A DNA stretch of 64,000 bases from the NCBI GenBank assembly GCA_965250085.1, contig OZ252287.1:1120001-1184000 (forward strand). The letters are read 5' to 3'. The notes under the pieces are model-generated. The model did not search any database. It was not told the DNA's origin and saw nothing but the letters and a program-made list of their open reading frames with translations. Shown one piece after another: positions 1 to 8,371 of this stretch; the stretch's first letter is position 1; every line of letters begins with the position of its first letter. A program made the translations under genes and the position numbers. Origin of the DNA: Candidatus Altimarinota bacterium (GTDB taxonomy: Bacteria > Patescibacteriota > Gracilibacteria > CAIRYL01).

Positions 1-91
1 AGAACTCCATTTATTTGAGGACGAAAGGTTTTTTGAAAAATTATTTTTTGAAAGTTTTGAATTCTTGTCATACAAAAAAATATCGAACCTT

Positions 92-143
92 GTAGGGGTG
101 AGTTTTAAACTCACCCGAGGACAGATTATAAACCTGTCCCTAC
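92..143. repeat. REP-like double hairpin bounded by GTAGGG...CCCTAC
   Basis: GGGTGAGTTT-T-AAACTCACCC (96-116) and GGACAG...CTGTCC (119-139), just downstream of the HIT gene. Confidence 0.6.
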
Positions 144-154
144 GAATGAAAAAT

Positions 155-499
155 CTATGCTTTGTTCAGATCTACTCTTCCTCCTCCCAAGAGATGGAGA
201 TGCACATGAAATACTACCTGCCCTCCATCCTTTCCGACATTAAAGAGGAGTTTGTATCCTTCAAGCCCTTTTTCAGCGGCAATATTTTTGGCAGTCATAA
301 TGAGCCTTCCCATCAGAGACAGATCTTCATCGCTCGCATCCATCACTGTCGGAATTGGTTTTTTGGGAATGATCAAAATATGTACTGGCGCCTTGGGTGC
401 AATATCCTGAATGGCAATCACCTCGTCATCTTCATATTCAATCATCGCCGGAATTTCCCGATCGATTATTTTTTGAAAGATCGTTTTTTCTTCAGTCAT
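155..499 (-). CDS. hinT: HIT family (Hint-like) nucleotide-binding protein
   Basis: TIFQKII start, DIAPKAPVHILIIPK, histidine triad HVHLH. Confidence 0.93.
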   Translation of the reverse strand: MTEEKTIFQKIIDREIPAMIEYEDDEVIAIQDIAPKAPVHILIIPKKPIPTVMDASDEDLSLMGRLIMTAKNIAAEKGLEGYKLLFNVGKDGGQVVFHVHLHLLGGGRVDLNKA

Positions 500-599
500 G
501 AAATAATATTGAAAACGAAAGAATTATACGCTTTTTCAAGAATTGATGAATTCAATTTCTTCTTTCATTTGGCATTGTTCATTTGTAATTCGTAATTGA

Positions 600-1724
600 T
601 TATGCACTCGTTTTAAAAAGACATACTTCTCCATCCTGCATTATATATTCTTTGCCTTCACTACGCACGAGACCTTTTTCACGACAATGGGTCCAGCCTT
701 TATGTTCTACAAAATCCTTCCATCCTGTTACATCAGCTTTAATGAAATGTTTTTCAAAGTCAGTATGAATGATGCCAGCGCACTGAGGGACCGTAGATCC
801 TTTTTTGAATGTCCACGATCGCGCTTCTTTTTCACCAGCAGTGAAATAACTTTGCAATCCAAGAAGTTCATACGCGCTGCGGATCACCGAAGCAAGTCCG
901 CTTTGTTTTCCTCCAGAGGCGGATCCACCTTCGGCGGACATTCCGAGGCTCTCTAAATACTCTGTTGCTTCTTCATCAGAAAAACTCACGAGGTCCGCTT
1001 CTATTTTTGCCGAAATCGGAATCAGAATTTCGTCTGCACCTACTCCTGCTTTTTGCTTTGCCGCACGTATATCAAAGCTCGATATCTCTGTTTCGCTTAC
1101 ATTGGCAAGAAAGAGGAATGGCTTTGTGGTCAGGAGATGTAGTTCCCTGAGAAGTGGCAATTCATCTTCTGTGAATTCTAGTGAACTCGCCCTGTCACCA
1201 TTTTGCAATGCCTGTTCAATACGCTGACACATTTCATATTTGAGAGCGGCTGTTTTATCCCCGCTCTTTTTTTCTTTCCCGAGACGCTGAATATTTTTTC
1301 CCACTGTCTGGAGGTCAGCCAAAATAAGTTCGGTCACAATCACCTCCATATCACTTTTGGGATCAACATTTCCGTGTACATGATGGACATCAGTATCTTC
1401 AAAAAACCTGAGGACCATAGCGATCGCATTGCATTCGCCAATATGATGAAGGAACTGATTTCCGAGACCTTCTCCTTTGGATGCTCCTTTGACAAGTCCT
1501 GCAATATCTACAAATTCAACGACAGAAGGAATCACCTTTTGAGGACTTACGACTTTTGCAATCTTCTCCAGTCTCTCATCCGGTACATTCACTATTCCCA
1601 CATTGGGATCAATGGTACAGAATGGAAAATTTTCTGCCGCGGCAGATTCTGACTTGGTAAGCGCATTAAAAAGGGTGGATTTTCCCACATTTGGCAGACC
1701 AACAATTCCAATTTGAAGCCCCAT
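600..1724 (-). CDS. ychF: Redox-regulated ATPase YchF with a 10-aa insertion
   Basis: GIVGLPNVGKSTLFNALT, NFPFCTIDPN, DIAGLVKGASKGEGLGNQFL, C-terminal TGS domain. Confidence 0.97.
   Translation of the reverse strand: MGLQIGIVGLPNVGKSTLFNALTKSESAAAENFPFCTIDPNVGIVNVPDERLEKIAKVVSPQKVIPSVVEFVDIAGLVKGASKGEGLGNQFLHHIGECNAIAMVLRFFEDTDVHHVHGNVDPKSDMEVIVTELILADLQTVGKNIQRLGKEKKSGDKTAALKYEMCQRIEQALQNGDRASSLEFTEDELPLLRELHLLTTKPFLFLANVSETEISSFDIRAAKQKAGVGADEILIPISAKIEADLVSFSDEEATEYLESLGMSAEGGSASGGKQSGLASVIRSAYELLGLQSYFTAGEKEARSWTFKKGSTVPQCAGIIHTDFEKHFIKADVTGWKDFVEHKGWTHCREKGLVRSEGKEYIMQDGEVCLFKTSA
909..938 (-). repeat. 30-bp tandem mini-palindrome inserted in frame in ychF
   Basis: Coding strand TCCGCC-GAA-GGTGGA-TCCGCC-TCT-GGAGGA, translated SAEGGSASGG. 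Confidence 0.75.
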
Positions 1725-1780
1725 AGGAAAATTTACACATCAAAAAAGCACGCGACATGATACAGGATTTTATTTTTATG

Positions 1781-2290
1781 TCACAAATCTGATCTTCCCT
1801 TCAGGAGAAGAGTTTTCAAGGCGCGCCGAAAAGAGTACCTCCCTTCTTCTATAGCCTCTTTACATTCTGTGCTCATGCCAGGAGAAACGACTCCTTCGCC
1901 CTCTATTGGCTGGAATTCTGTACTTGAGGCTCCTTTGCCAGACTCAGGAAAAGATCGACAAGATATCACATTTCCTTCGGCGTCTGTTCTGGTAAGTTGT
2001 ATGTTTCCCATGATGCCTCTCCAGTCTTCTAGTCGTAGCATTCTTCCGTCACCTGAACATTCTATGCCAAGTGGAGATCCATCCTCCAAAGATAAGCTGC
2101 TACAAGCTATGCCATCCTCCCACTCTTCTTCTGCTACCCGTAATCCTCTTTGAGCACTGACATTAATAGCATTTGCGATTTCTGCAAGCTCTTTTAATCC
2201 CTTTTCTGGAGAACTAGCTTTTATTGGAACAGGTGCAAGTAATGCAAGAGACGCAGCCAGTACTGAAAGCCTAGAAGATGATTTTTTCAT
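1781..2290 (-). CDS. Hypothetical exported protein
   Basis: Start set at MKKSSSRLSVLAASLALLAPVPIKA (signal-peptide-like); upstream TTGTCT-16-TAGAAT. Confidence 0.6.
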   Translation of the reverse strand: MKKSSSRLSVLAASLALLAPVPIKASSPEKGLKELAEIANAINVSAQRGLRVAEEEWEDGIACSSLSLEDGSPLGIECSGDGRMLRLEDWRGIMGNIQLTRTDAEGNVISCRSFPESGKGASSTEFQPIEGEGVVSPGMSTECKEAIEEGRYSFRRALKTLLLKGRSDL

Positions 2291-2389
2291 GACCACAACT
2301 ATAAATGTGAATTTCTTGCATTCTATCACTTTTCTTTAAAAAGACAATATCTTGTCAGAGCGCAAAAAAATAAGGATAATTATCAGGCA

Positions 2390-2803
2390 ATGCAAATTAT
2401 CCAAGTTCATACTGAAGCGCAGAAGCAATTCATAAATATTTCTTCCCAACTCCAGAATCTTGTTTCCAAAGAAGGATGGCGGGATGGAGTATTGACCGTA
2501 TATGTGCCGCATACGACTGCAGGAGTAACGATTAACGAAAAGGCGGATCCAGATGTGCCACGCGATATCTTTCAGCATGTGCAAAAACTGGTTCCACGAG
2601 AGGCTGATTTTGCTCATGGAGAAGGAAATTCCGACGCGCATATTCTGAGTTCATTTTTTGGTTCCAGTCAGCAAGTGATTGTAGAAAACGGGAAACTTCA
2701 ATTTGGCACCTGGCAAAGTGTTTTCTTTTGTGAATTTGATGGACCCAGAAAACGTAATGTTTGGCTGGAATTTACTCCAGCTGTAAATACAACAGCATCT
2801 TGA
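2390..2803 (+). CDS. yjbQ: YjbQ/UPF0047 family protein
   Basis: PHTTAGVTINE, HGEGNSDAH, GTWQSVFFCEFDGPR. Confidence 0.93.
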   Translation: MQIIQVHTEAQKQFINISSQLQNLVSKEGWRDGVLTVYVPHTTAGVTINEKADPDVPRDIFQHVQKLVPREADFAHGEGNSDAHILSSFFGSSQQVIVENGKLQFGTWQSVFFCEFDGPRKRNVWLEFTPAVNTTAS

Positions 2804-2905
2804 ACTTTTAACTTTTAATTTTAAATTTTGAATTTTAAATTTTTAAACAAATTCCAATTTCTTAATTTTTTAAACTCCTCACTCTCATCTCCCCGTTCCT
2901 GACTC
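2804..2905. repeat. Degenerate 7-8-mer tandem repeat tract
   Basis: AACTTTT/AATTTTA units followed by CTCCTCA/CTCTCAT/CTCCCCG units. Confidence 0.55.
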
Positions 2906-2918
2906 AAGTGGTTTTCTC

Positions 2919-2946
2919 TTGACTTTCATCCTGCAATCTCTACAAT
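2919..2946 (+). promoter_or_regulatory. Sigma70-type promoter of rpsP
   Basis: TTGACT-16 nt-TACAAT. Confidence 0.65.
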
Positions 2947-2989
2947 CTTTTGGCTTTTTTGATTTACACTTTTTTACCGGAATAATTTC

Positions 2990-3664
2990 GTGCTAAAAAT
3001 TCGATTACAACGAGCCGGAAGGCGAAAAAGACCATTTTATCGTATTGTTGTTGCAGAACATGCTCGCCCTGTAAAAGGGAAGTTTGTGGAGATTTTGGGT
3101 CACTACAATCCACTTGTGGAGCCTAAAATTTTGGAGTTCAAGCAGGATCGAATCGAGTATTGGATCTCTGTGGGGGCACAGCCATCACAGACGATGGCAC
3201 GGATGCTGGTAAAAAGTGGAGTCGCGGCGGCAGAAAAATTTGTTGAAGAGCGATTTATGAAGCCAACACGAGCAGAAAAAGAAAAAATGGATAAAGAAAA
3301 AGCTCAAAAGGAAGGGAAAGAAGAGCCTGAAGCAGTGGCACCTGATGGTGAAAAATCGGAAGACAAGCCAACTGAGGAAGCAGCGAAAGATACACCTGCG
3401 GAAGAAAAAACTGCAGACAAGACAGGGAAAAAAGCACCTTCTACTGAAGCTGCGGAAGAAAAATCATCTGACGAAAAGGATGACAAAGGTGAAGAAAAGA
3501 AAGAATCAGTGGACACCAAAGATGCAGAAAAAGGTGCCCAAGAAAAGGATGCAGAAAATATGAAAGAGAAAAAAGAAGAGTCACCCGATAGCACTTCCGT
3601 TGACAAAACTCAGGAGGAACAAAGTGAATCTTCTGAAAAAAAGGATTCAAAGGAAGAAGCATAA
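2990..3664 (+). CDS. rpsP: 30S ribosomal protein S16 with long acidic C-terminal extension
   Basis: MLKIRLQRAGRRKRPFYRIVVA, GHYNP, GAQPS; then about 130 aa rich in E/K/D/S. Confidence 0.96.
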   Translation: MLKIRLQRAGRRKRPFYRIVVAEHARPVKGKFVEILGHYNPLVEPKILEFKQDRIEYWISVGAQPSQTMARMLVKSGVAAAEKFVEERFMKPTRAEKEKMDKEKAQKEGKEEPEAVAPDGEKSEDKPTEEAAKDTPAEEKTADKTGKKAPSTEAAEEKSSDEKDDKGEEKKESVDTKDAEKGAQEKDAENMKEKKEESPDSTSVDKTQEEQSESSEKKDSKEEA

Positions 3665-3709
3665 ACTCTTTTACCTTCTAGACTTTTAACTTTTTAATCA
3701 AAGTTTCCC

Positions 3710-3967
3710 ATGTCTGAATTTACAGAGCTTAATTTTTTAGAGCTTGTTCTCAGAGACCTTCTGGATGAGCCAGATCTTATGGAGCTGAAGAGAACAGAAG
3801 ATGATCTTGGCGTGTTACTCGAAGTGAAAGTTTCTGAAGGAGATATGGGGAAACTCATAGGAAAGGGAGGGCAGACCGTTAAAGCATTGCGAATACTCCT
3901 AAGACTCATTGGTGCCAAGCAAAACAAGAGAATCAATCTCAAAGTGCTAGACCCAGAGGCACAATAA
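3710..3967 (+). CDS. khpA: KH-domain RNA-binding protein KhpA
   Basis: DMGKLIGKGGQTVKALR GxxG loop; conserved position after rpsP. Confidence 0.92.
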   Translation: MSEFTELNFLELVLRDLLDEPDLMELKRTEDDLGVLLEVKVSEGDMGKLIGKGGQTVKALRILLRLIGAKQNKRINLKVLDPEAQ

Positions 3968-3988
3968 GTTTTATAATTTATTTTGATT

Positions 3989-4357
3989 ATGGTCACAGAA
4001 CTTACCGCCGTCGGAGATGAAGTGAATTTTGTTCAAATTGCGAATATGTTTGTAGCATTGGCGATCATTGTCGCTGGAGCCCTTTCAGTCATTTACATTT
4101 TTATTGGCGGGATTTCTTTTATTCTTTCTGCGGGGCAAGAAGACAAGATCAAGAGCGCTGTACACACCATTCGATATGCAGTCATAGGACTCATTGTTAC
4201 GATTTTTGCAATTGTTGCCGTACAAATTATCGGACGGCTGTTTGGATTTGACCTTATCCCATATTTGAGTTGGGATGGGATGAAAGACATGACGTCTGTG
4301 ATTTTTGATCGACTCTTGGGACCTGGTGGAAATACTTCTGGTGGAGGATTTCAGTAA
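3989..4357 (+). CDS. CPR-type pilin (TrbC/VirB2-like)
   Basis: Two hydrophobic segments around GGISFILSAGQEDKIKSAVHTIRYAVIGL. Confidence 0.75.
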   Translation: MVTELTAVGDEVNFVQIANMFVALAIIVAGALSVIYIFIGGISFILSAGQEDKIKSAVHTIRYAVIGLIVTIFAIVAVQIIGRLFGFDLIPYLSWDGMKDMTSVIFDRLLGPGGNTSGGGFQ

Positions 4358-4395
4358 TCAATTACGAATTACAAATTACAAGTTACGAATGAAAT
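4358..4395. repeat. Heptamer tandem repeat
   Basis: AATTACG AATTACA AATTACA AGTTACG. Confidence 0.7.
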
Positions 4396-4418
4396 AAGTC
4401 GTCTTTTGTTGGACCTTT

Positions 4419-5195
4419 ATGAAAAAAGCAGCACTGGTACTTTCTGGAGGAGGAAGTTTGGGAGCGGCACATATTGGAGCACTCAGGGTTCTGGAAAAAC
4501 AATATGAGTTTGATTTTTTGGCTGGTGTTTCTGCTGGAGCGGTAGTGGCGGGTGCTATTGCTTGCGAGAAAACTGCGGATGAAATTTCTGACGTTCTTCG
4601 TAAACAAAAACTCTTCCAAATCGCATTCGATTTTGCCAAAGGAGACTACGGGCTCCTCAGAGGGGAGAAGATACTGAAGGTTTTGAAAGAATTTTTGAAT
4701 AATAAGACCTTTGAAGATATTCAAGACAAAACACTTCAGCTCGGAGCCACGGATTTCTCTACTGGCGAAAGAGTAATTTTGGGATCTGGTCCTCTTGCAG
4801 AATCTATACGAGCTTCGCTCTCAGTTCCGCTTGTATTTGAACCCTATGAACTGGGTGGCAGATGGCTTGTAGACGGAGGATTGTCTCAAAACTTCCCCCT
4901 TGATCTTGCCATTGAAGAGTATACTGGAGACACTATTATTGCGATCGACGTGGGCACAAGCTTTGAGCACAATAAGAATTTTTCTGAGTCAGAGTTTTTT
5001 GGAAAGGCAAAAAAAGTGCGAAAGATGTTGGAACGCACCTTTCGAATTTTTTATCTCCATCAGCAAAAGTTTGATCCAGATCCTCGAGTGCAAATAATCC
5101 GCCCAGATCTTACCGAATTTACCACTCTTAATATCTATAAACTCTCTCAAATTGAAGCAGCTGGAGAGGAGGCGGCAAAACAATTTCTAAAATAA
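4419..5195 (+). CDS. Patatin-like phospholipase
   Basis: LSGGGSLG, GVSAG nucleophile, DGG motif. Confidence 0.93.
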   Translation: MKKAALVLSGGGSLGAAHIGALRVLEKQYEFDFLAGVSAGAVVAGAIACEKTADEISDVLRKQKLFQIAFDFAKGDYGLLRGEKILKVLKEFLNNKTFEDIQDKTLQLGATDFSTGERVILGSGPLAESIRASLSVPLVFEPYELGGRWLVDGGLSQNFPLDLAIEEYTGDTIIAIDVGTSFEHNKNFSESEFFGKAKKVRKMLERTFRIFYLHQQKFDPDPRVQIIRPDLTEFTTLNIYKLSQIEAAGEEAAKQFLK

Positions 5196-5789
5196 TTTTT
5201 TCCATTTTCCAAAAATGAAAAATCGGAAAAAGTAAAAAAGAACGAGAAAACAGAGAAAAAATGGAAGAAGAATAAAAAGCTCAGATGCGACGACAAAATA
5301 TCGCCAAGTGATTTCTAAAACTCCAAAAGGATGGATAAACATGTCCCATGAATTGAGTCGTTCAAAAAGACCAAGCATTACCCCAAGACTCGAAAGAAGT
5401 ACCAAGATTGGAGGAGTTATGAAAAGCCAATTTTTATGAAAGACGCGTGCAAACAGTTCTGATATTTTTTGGATAACAATTACAAAAAACGGAATTGCCA
5501 AAGTAGCATACACAAAAAAGAGGGGAATGCTCCAGGGCGCTTCAGCACATCTTTTGTATCGGTCTGCACCCGAACAATGGTCGAGGACATGGCGTGCATC
5601 GGTAAAGACATACGCAATATTTGGGAGAAACAGAATGATAAGCAGGATTCCAAGAAGGAATACTATTTGTTTTCCAAATGAAAGTTTTTTCCAAGAATTT
5701 TTTCCGATTTTGTGTTCCAAAAGCACCACTCCAACGACAGGAAGAATCATTAAGAACACATTCCACAGAGCACCATCAATTCCAAGCAT
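5187..5789 (-). CDS. DUF1361-like membrane protein
   Basis: WNVFL, FLPNIAYVFTD, GLFERLNSWD; several TM segments. Confidence 0.78.
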   Translation of the reverse strand: MLGIDGALWNVFLMILPVVGVVLLEHKIGKNSWKKLSFGKQIVFLLGILLIILFLPNIAYVFTDARHVLDHCSGADRYKRCAEAPWSIPLFFVYATLAIPFFVIVIQKISELFARVFHKNWLFITPPILVLLSSLGVMLGLFERLNSWDMFIHPFGVLEITWRYFVVASELFILLPFFLCFLVLFYFFRFFIFGKWKKLF

Positions 5790-5856
5790 TGGATTTTTTT
5801 TAAAAATTGCCGAGGCATTGTGGCAGAAAAAAGAGCAATTTTGAAGAATACTTGTA

Positions 5857-5938
5857 AAATCTCCCCTATCCCCTCTTTGAAAAAGAGGGGAATATAATCT
5901 TATCCCTCCCTTTTTTAAAGGGAGGTTAGGAGGGATTT
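5857..5938. repeat. Inverted doublet of a CCCCTCTTT...AAAGAGGGG palindromic element
   Basis: AAATCTCCCCTATCCCCTCTTTGAAAAAGAGGGG (5857-5890) and an inverted variant (5904-5938). Confidence 0.7.
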
Positions 5939-7306
5939 CTACTCAAATATCTTTTTGAGTACTTCTTGCAGGGTTTTACCACTGATTACCTGCATTTTTG
6001 TTTTCACTTTTTTCGCTTGAGACGCAGAAAGAACGGCTTCAGAAAATCCAAGTTTCTCCGCTTCTTTCACTCGCTTGTCTATATGAGAAGCAGCGCGTAT
6101 TTCTCCCGAGAGTCCAAGTTCTCCTATAGCTACCAGTTTTTCCGGAAGCGGTTTTTTGAGTTTAGATGACGCGAGAGAGAGGGCAATAGCAAGATCTGCT
6201 GCTGGTTCTGACAGGCGAAAACCTCCCACCACATTCGCAAAAACATCAGCGTTATCGAGTTTGATCTTGGTGTGTTTTTGTAAGATAGCGAGCAAAAGGT
6301 TCAGCCTGTTTACATCTACTCCTGTGGCGGTGCGTTTGGGGTATCCAAATTTGGTAGTACTCGTAAGTGTCTGAATTTCCACAAGAAATGGACGAGTCCC
6401 TTCTATAGTAGGAAAAATAATTGATCCAATAGCATCTTTGAGCCTTCCAGAAAGAAATGCTTCACTGGGATTTTTGACTTCTTGTAATCCTTTTTCCGTC
6501 ATTTCAAATACCCCCACTTCAAAAACAGATCCAAACCTGTTTTTCGTAGACCGCAGGAGCCTGAACTGATGAAACTGATCTCCTTCTAAATGAAGAAGAG
6601 TATCTACCAGATGTGCCAATGCCTGCGGCCCTGCCATTTCTCCAGATTTGGTGACATGTCCTACGAGGACAGTGGGAATCTTTTTTGCTTTTGCGATGTG
6701 CATTATCTTTTCGGTCACCATGCGGATCTGACTTACTGATCCGGCAGCGGAAGGGATTGCTCCACTGGCGATGGTTTGCACAGAATCGAGAATAAGAAAT
6801 GCGGGTTTTTCTTTTTCCAGAGTGGCGATGATATTTTCTACCAGAAACTCAGAAAGGATCACTAAGTTCTCTGGCACATCTCCAAGTCGATGTGCACGTT
6901 CGGATATCTGACCAGCGGATTCTTCACCAGAGACAATCATTACGAGATCTTTTGTATTCTGCGCTGCTATTTGCAGTGCCCATTGGAGAGTAAGGGTGGA
7001 TTTTCCAATACCGGGATTGCCGGTAATCAGCACGAGAGAGTCTTTGAGAAGTCCGCCTCCCAATACTCGATCAAGCTCTTCTATTCCGCTTGTAAGGCGA
7101 ACATCTTTTAAGTCTTTTTTTTGAGTGATTTTAATAGGACTCGCAGCTTTGCCTTCCACTTTTTTCTTTGCTCCTGGGAGTATTTCCAAAGTTGCAGAGG
7201 ACTCTACAAGCGTATTCCATGCGGCACACTCGTAGCACTGCCCAGCCCATTTTGGACTCTGCGCTCCGCACTTTGTACATTCATAGAGTGTTTTTACTTT
7301 TGCCAT
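5939..7306 (-). CDS. radA: DNA repair protein RadA/Sms
   Basis: C4 zinc finger, GNPGIGKST, KNRFG motif, Lon-like C-terminus. Confidence 0.97.
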   Translation of the reverse strand: MAKVKTLYECTKCGAQSPKWAGQCYECAAWNTLVESSATLEILPGAKKKVEGKAASPIKITQKKDLKDVRLTSGIEELDRVLGGGLLKDSLVLITGNPGIGKSTLTLQWALQIAAQNTKDLVMIVSGEESAGQISERAHRLGDVPENLVILSEFLVENIIATLEKEKPAFLILDSVQTIASGAIPSAAGSVSQIRMVTEKIMHIAKAKKIPTVLVGHVTKSGEMAGPQALAHLVDTLLHLEGDQFHQFRLLRSTKNRFGSVFEVGVFEMTEKGLQEVKNPSEAFLSGRLKDAIGSIIFPTIEGTRPFLVEIQTLTSTTKFGYPKRTATGVDVNRLNLLLAILQKHTKIKLDNADVFANVVGGFRLSEPAADLAIALSLASSKLKKPLPEKLVAIGELGLSGEIRAASHIDKRVKEAEKLGFSEAVLSASQAKKVKTKMQVISGKTLQEVLKKIFE

Positions 7307-7358
7307 GTACCTTCAAAAATGCGAAAGACATTGTCTCGCATCCTCTTTCAATCTGCAA

Positions 7359-7556
7359 TCAGTCTTCTGTGCTTTCTTCTGGTAATGATGCTACAAATTC
7401 ACTCATATCATATTTAAGATCAGCTGCTGTCACTGGAATAGAAGCACCGGGGATTTCACCTTCTTGAAATTCGGCCCCAAGCCGAGCTATTACATATTCG
7501 GCACCAACCGAATCAGCTTCTGGACCTGTAATGCGTTGAACGCTTCTTGCTTCCAT
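7359..7556 (-). CDS. Small acidic hypothetical protein
   Basis: 65-aa ORF with upstream TTGACA-16-TAAAAT (7608-7581). Confidence 0.45.
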   Translation of the reverse strand: MEARSVQRITGPEADSVGAEYVIARLGAEFQEGEIPGASIPVTAADLKYDMSEFVASLPEESTED

Positions 7557-7797
7557 ACCATTCCCATTAAGTATATTTGTATTTTAATTATAAATTATAA
7601 AATGTCAAGCTCTTCTTAAGAAGAAACTTCTTTCGTATTTTTGAAATCTAAAAATTAAGTGGGAATAACTCACCCTCGGGTGATCTCTGTAGATCTCGTT
7701 ACCTGAATGCAGGTGATTGGCACCGAAAAATTGACAAAAAAATTTAAAAGGTGTAGAAACAAAAGGATCATCTCCTTTTGTATTTTTTCCTTTGCAA

Positions 7798-8352
7798 ATG
7801 GCAAAAAAAGAATTGCCTTCTAGAGAAAGTGGAAGACATGCAGAGAGTACGAACCCTCTTGCCGTTCGAGAGTATTTTCCTAAAGGACCGTCACCAGAAA
7901 ATGTTGGGCTCGATACTCATCAAGAGCTCCAAAATGTTCTTCCCGAATGGAGAGAGCATAACCCAGAGAATGTTGAACATACCACCTTGGCAGAGCAAGG
8001 AGGAGAAGAAGGAAGGACTACCACAAACTCGATGGAGACTGTCTCGAATGAGGCTATTGCCTATAACAACCTAGGCGATACTCTTCATAAACAAGGAAAA
8101 TATAAGGAGGCAGAGGATGCTCACAGAAAGGCGATACAACTTTCCCCGGGACATGCTTTATTTTATTTCTACTTGGTAGGCACCCTTTTAAAGCAAGGCA
8201 AAAATAAAGAGGCAAGAGAGGCTATTAGAACCATGCAGGCTATCCCGAATACTGTCTATAAGAATCTTGTCTTTTATGACAACTTAGGAGATGCCATCTG
8301 CTCTTTCCCGGAAGGGAATGCAATCTCTTCCGATTCAGGCGCACACATATAA
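7798..8352 (+). CDS. TPR-repeat protein with disordered N-terminus
   Basis: AYNNLGDTLHKQGKYKEAEDAHRKAIQLSP TPR, a second TPR and a partial third. Confidence 0.75.
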   Translation: MAKKELPSRESGRHAESTNPLAVREYFPKGPSPENVGLDTHQELQNVLPEWREHNPENVEHTTLAEQGGEEGRTTTNSMETVSNEAIAYNNLGDTLHKQGKYKEAEDAHRKAIQLSPGHALFYFYLVGTLLKQGKNKEAREAIRTMQAIPNTVYKNLVFYDNLGDAICSFPEGNAISSDSGAHI

Positions 8353-8371
8353 GAGGGAACAAAAAGAAATA

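Noticed and set aside
8270-8352. Frameshifted TPR pseudogene
   Set aside because: The third repeat stops early, but no continuation in another frame could be recognised before the convergent ATPase gene.
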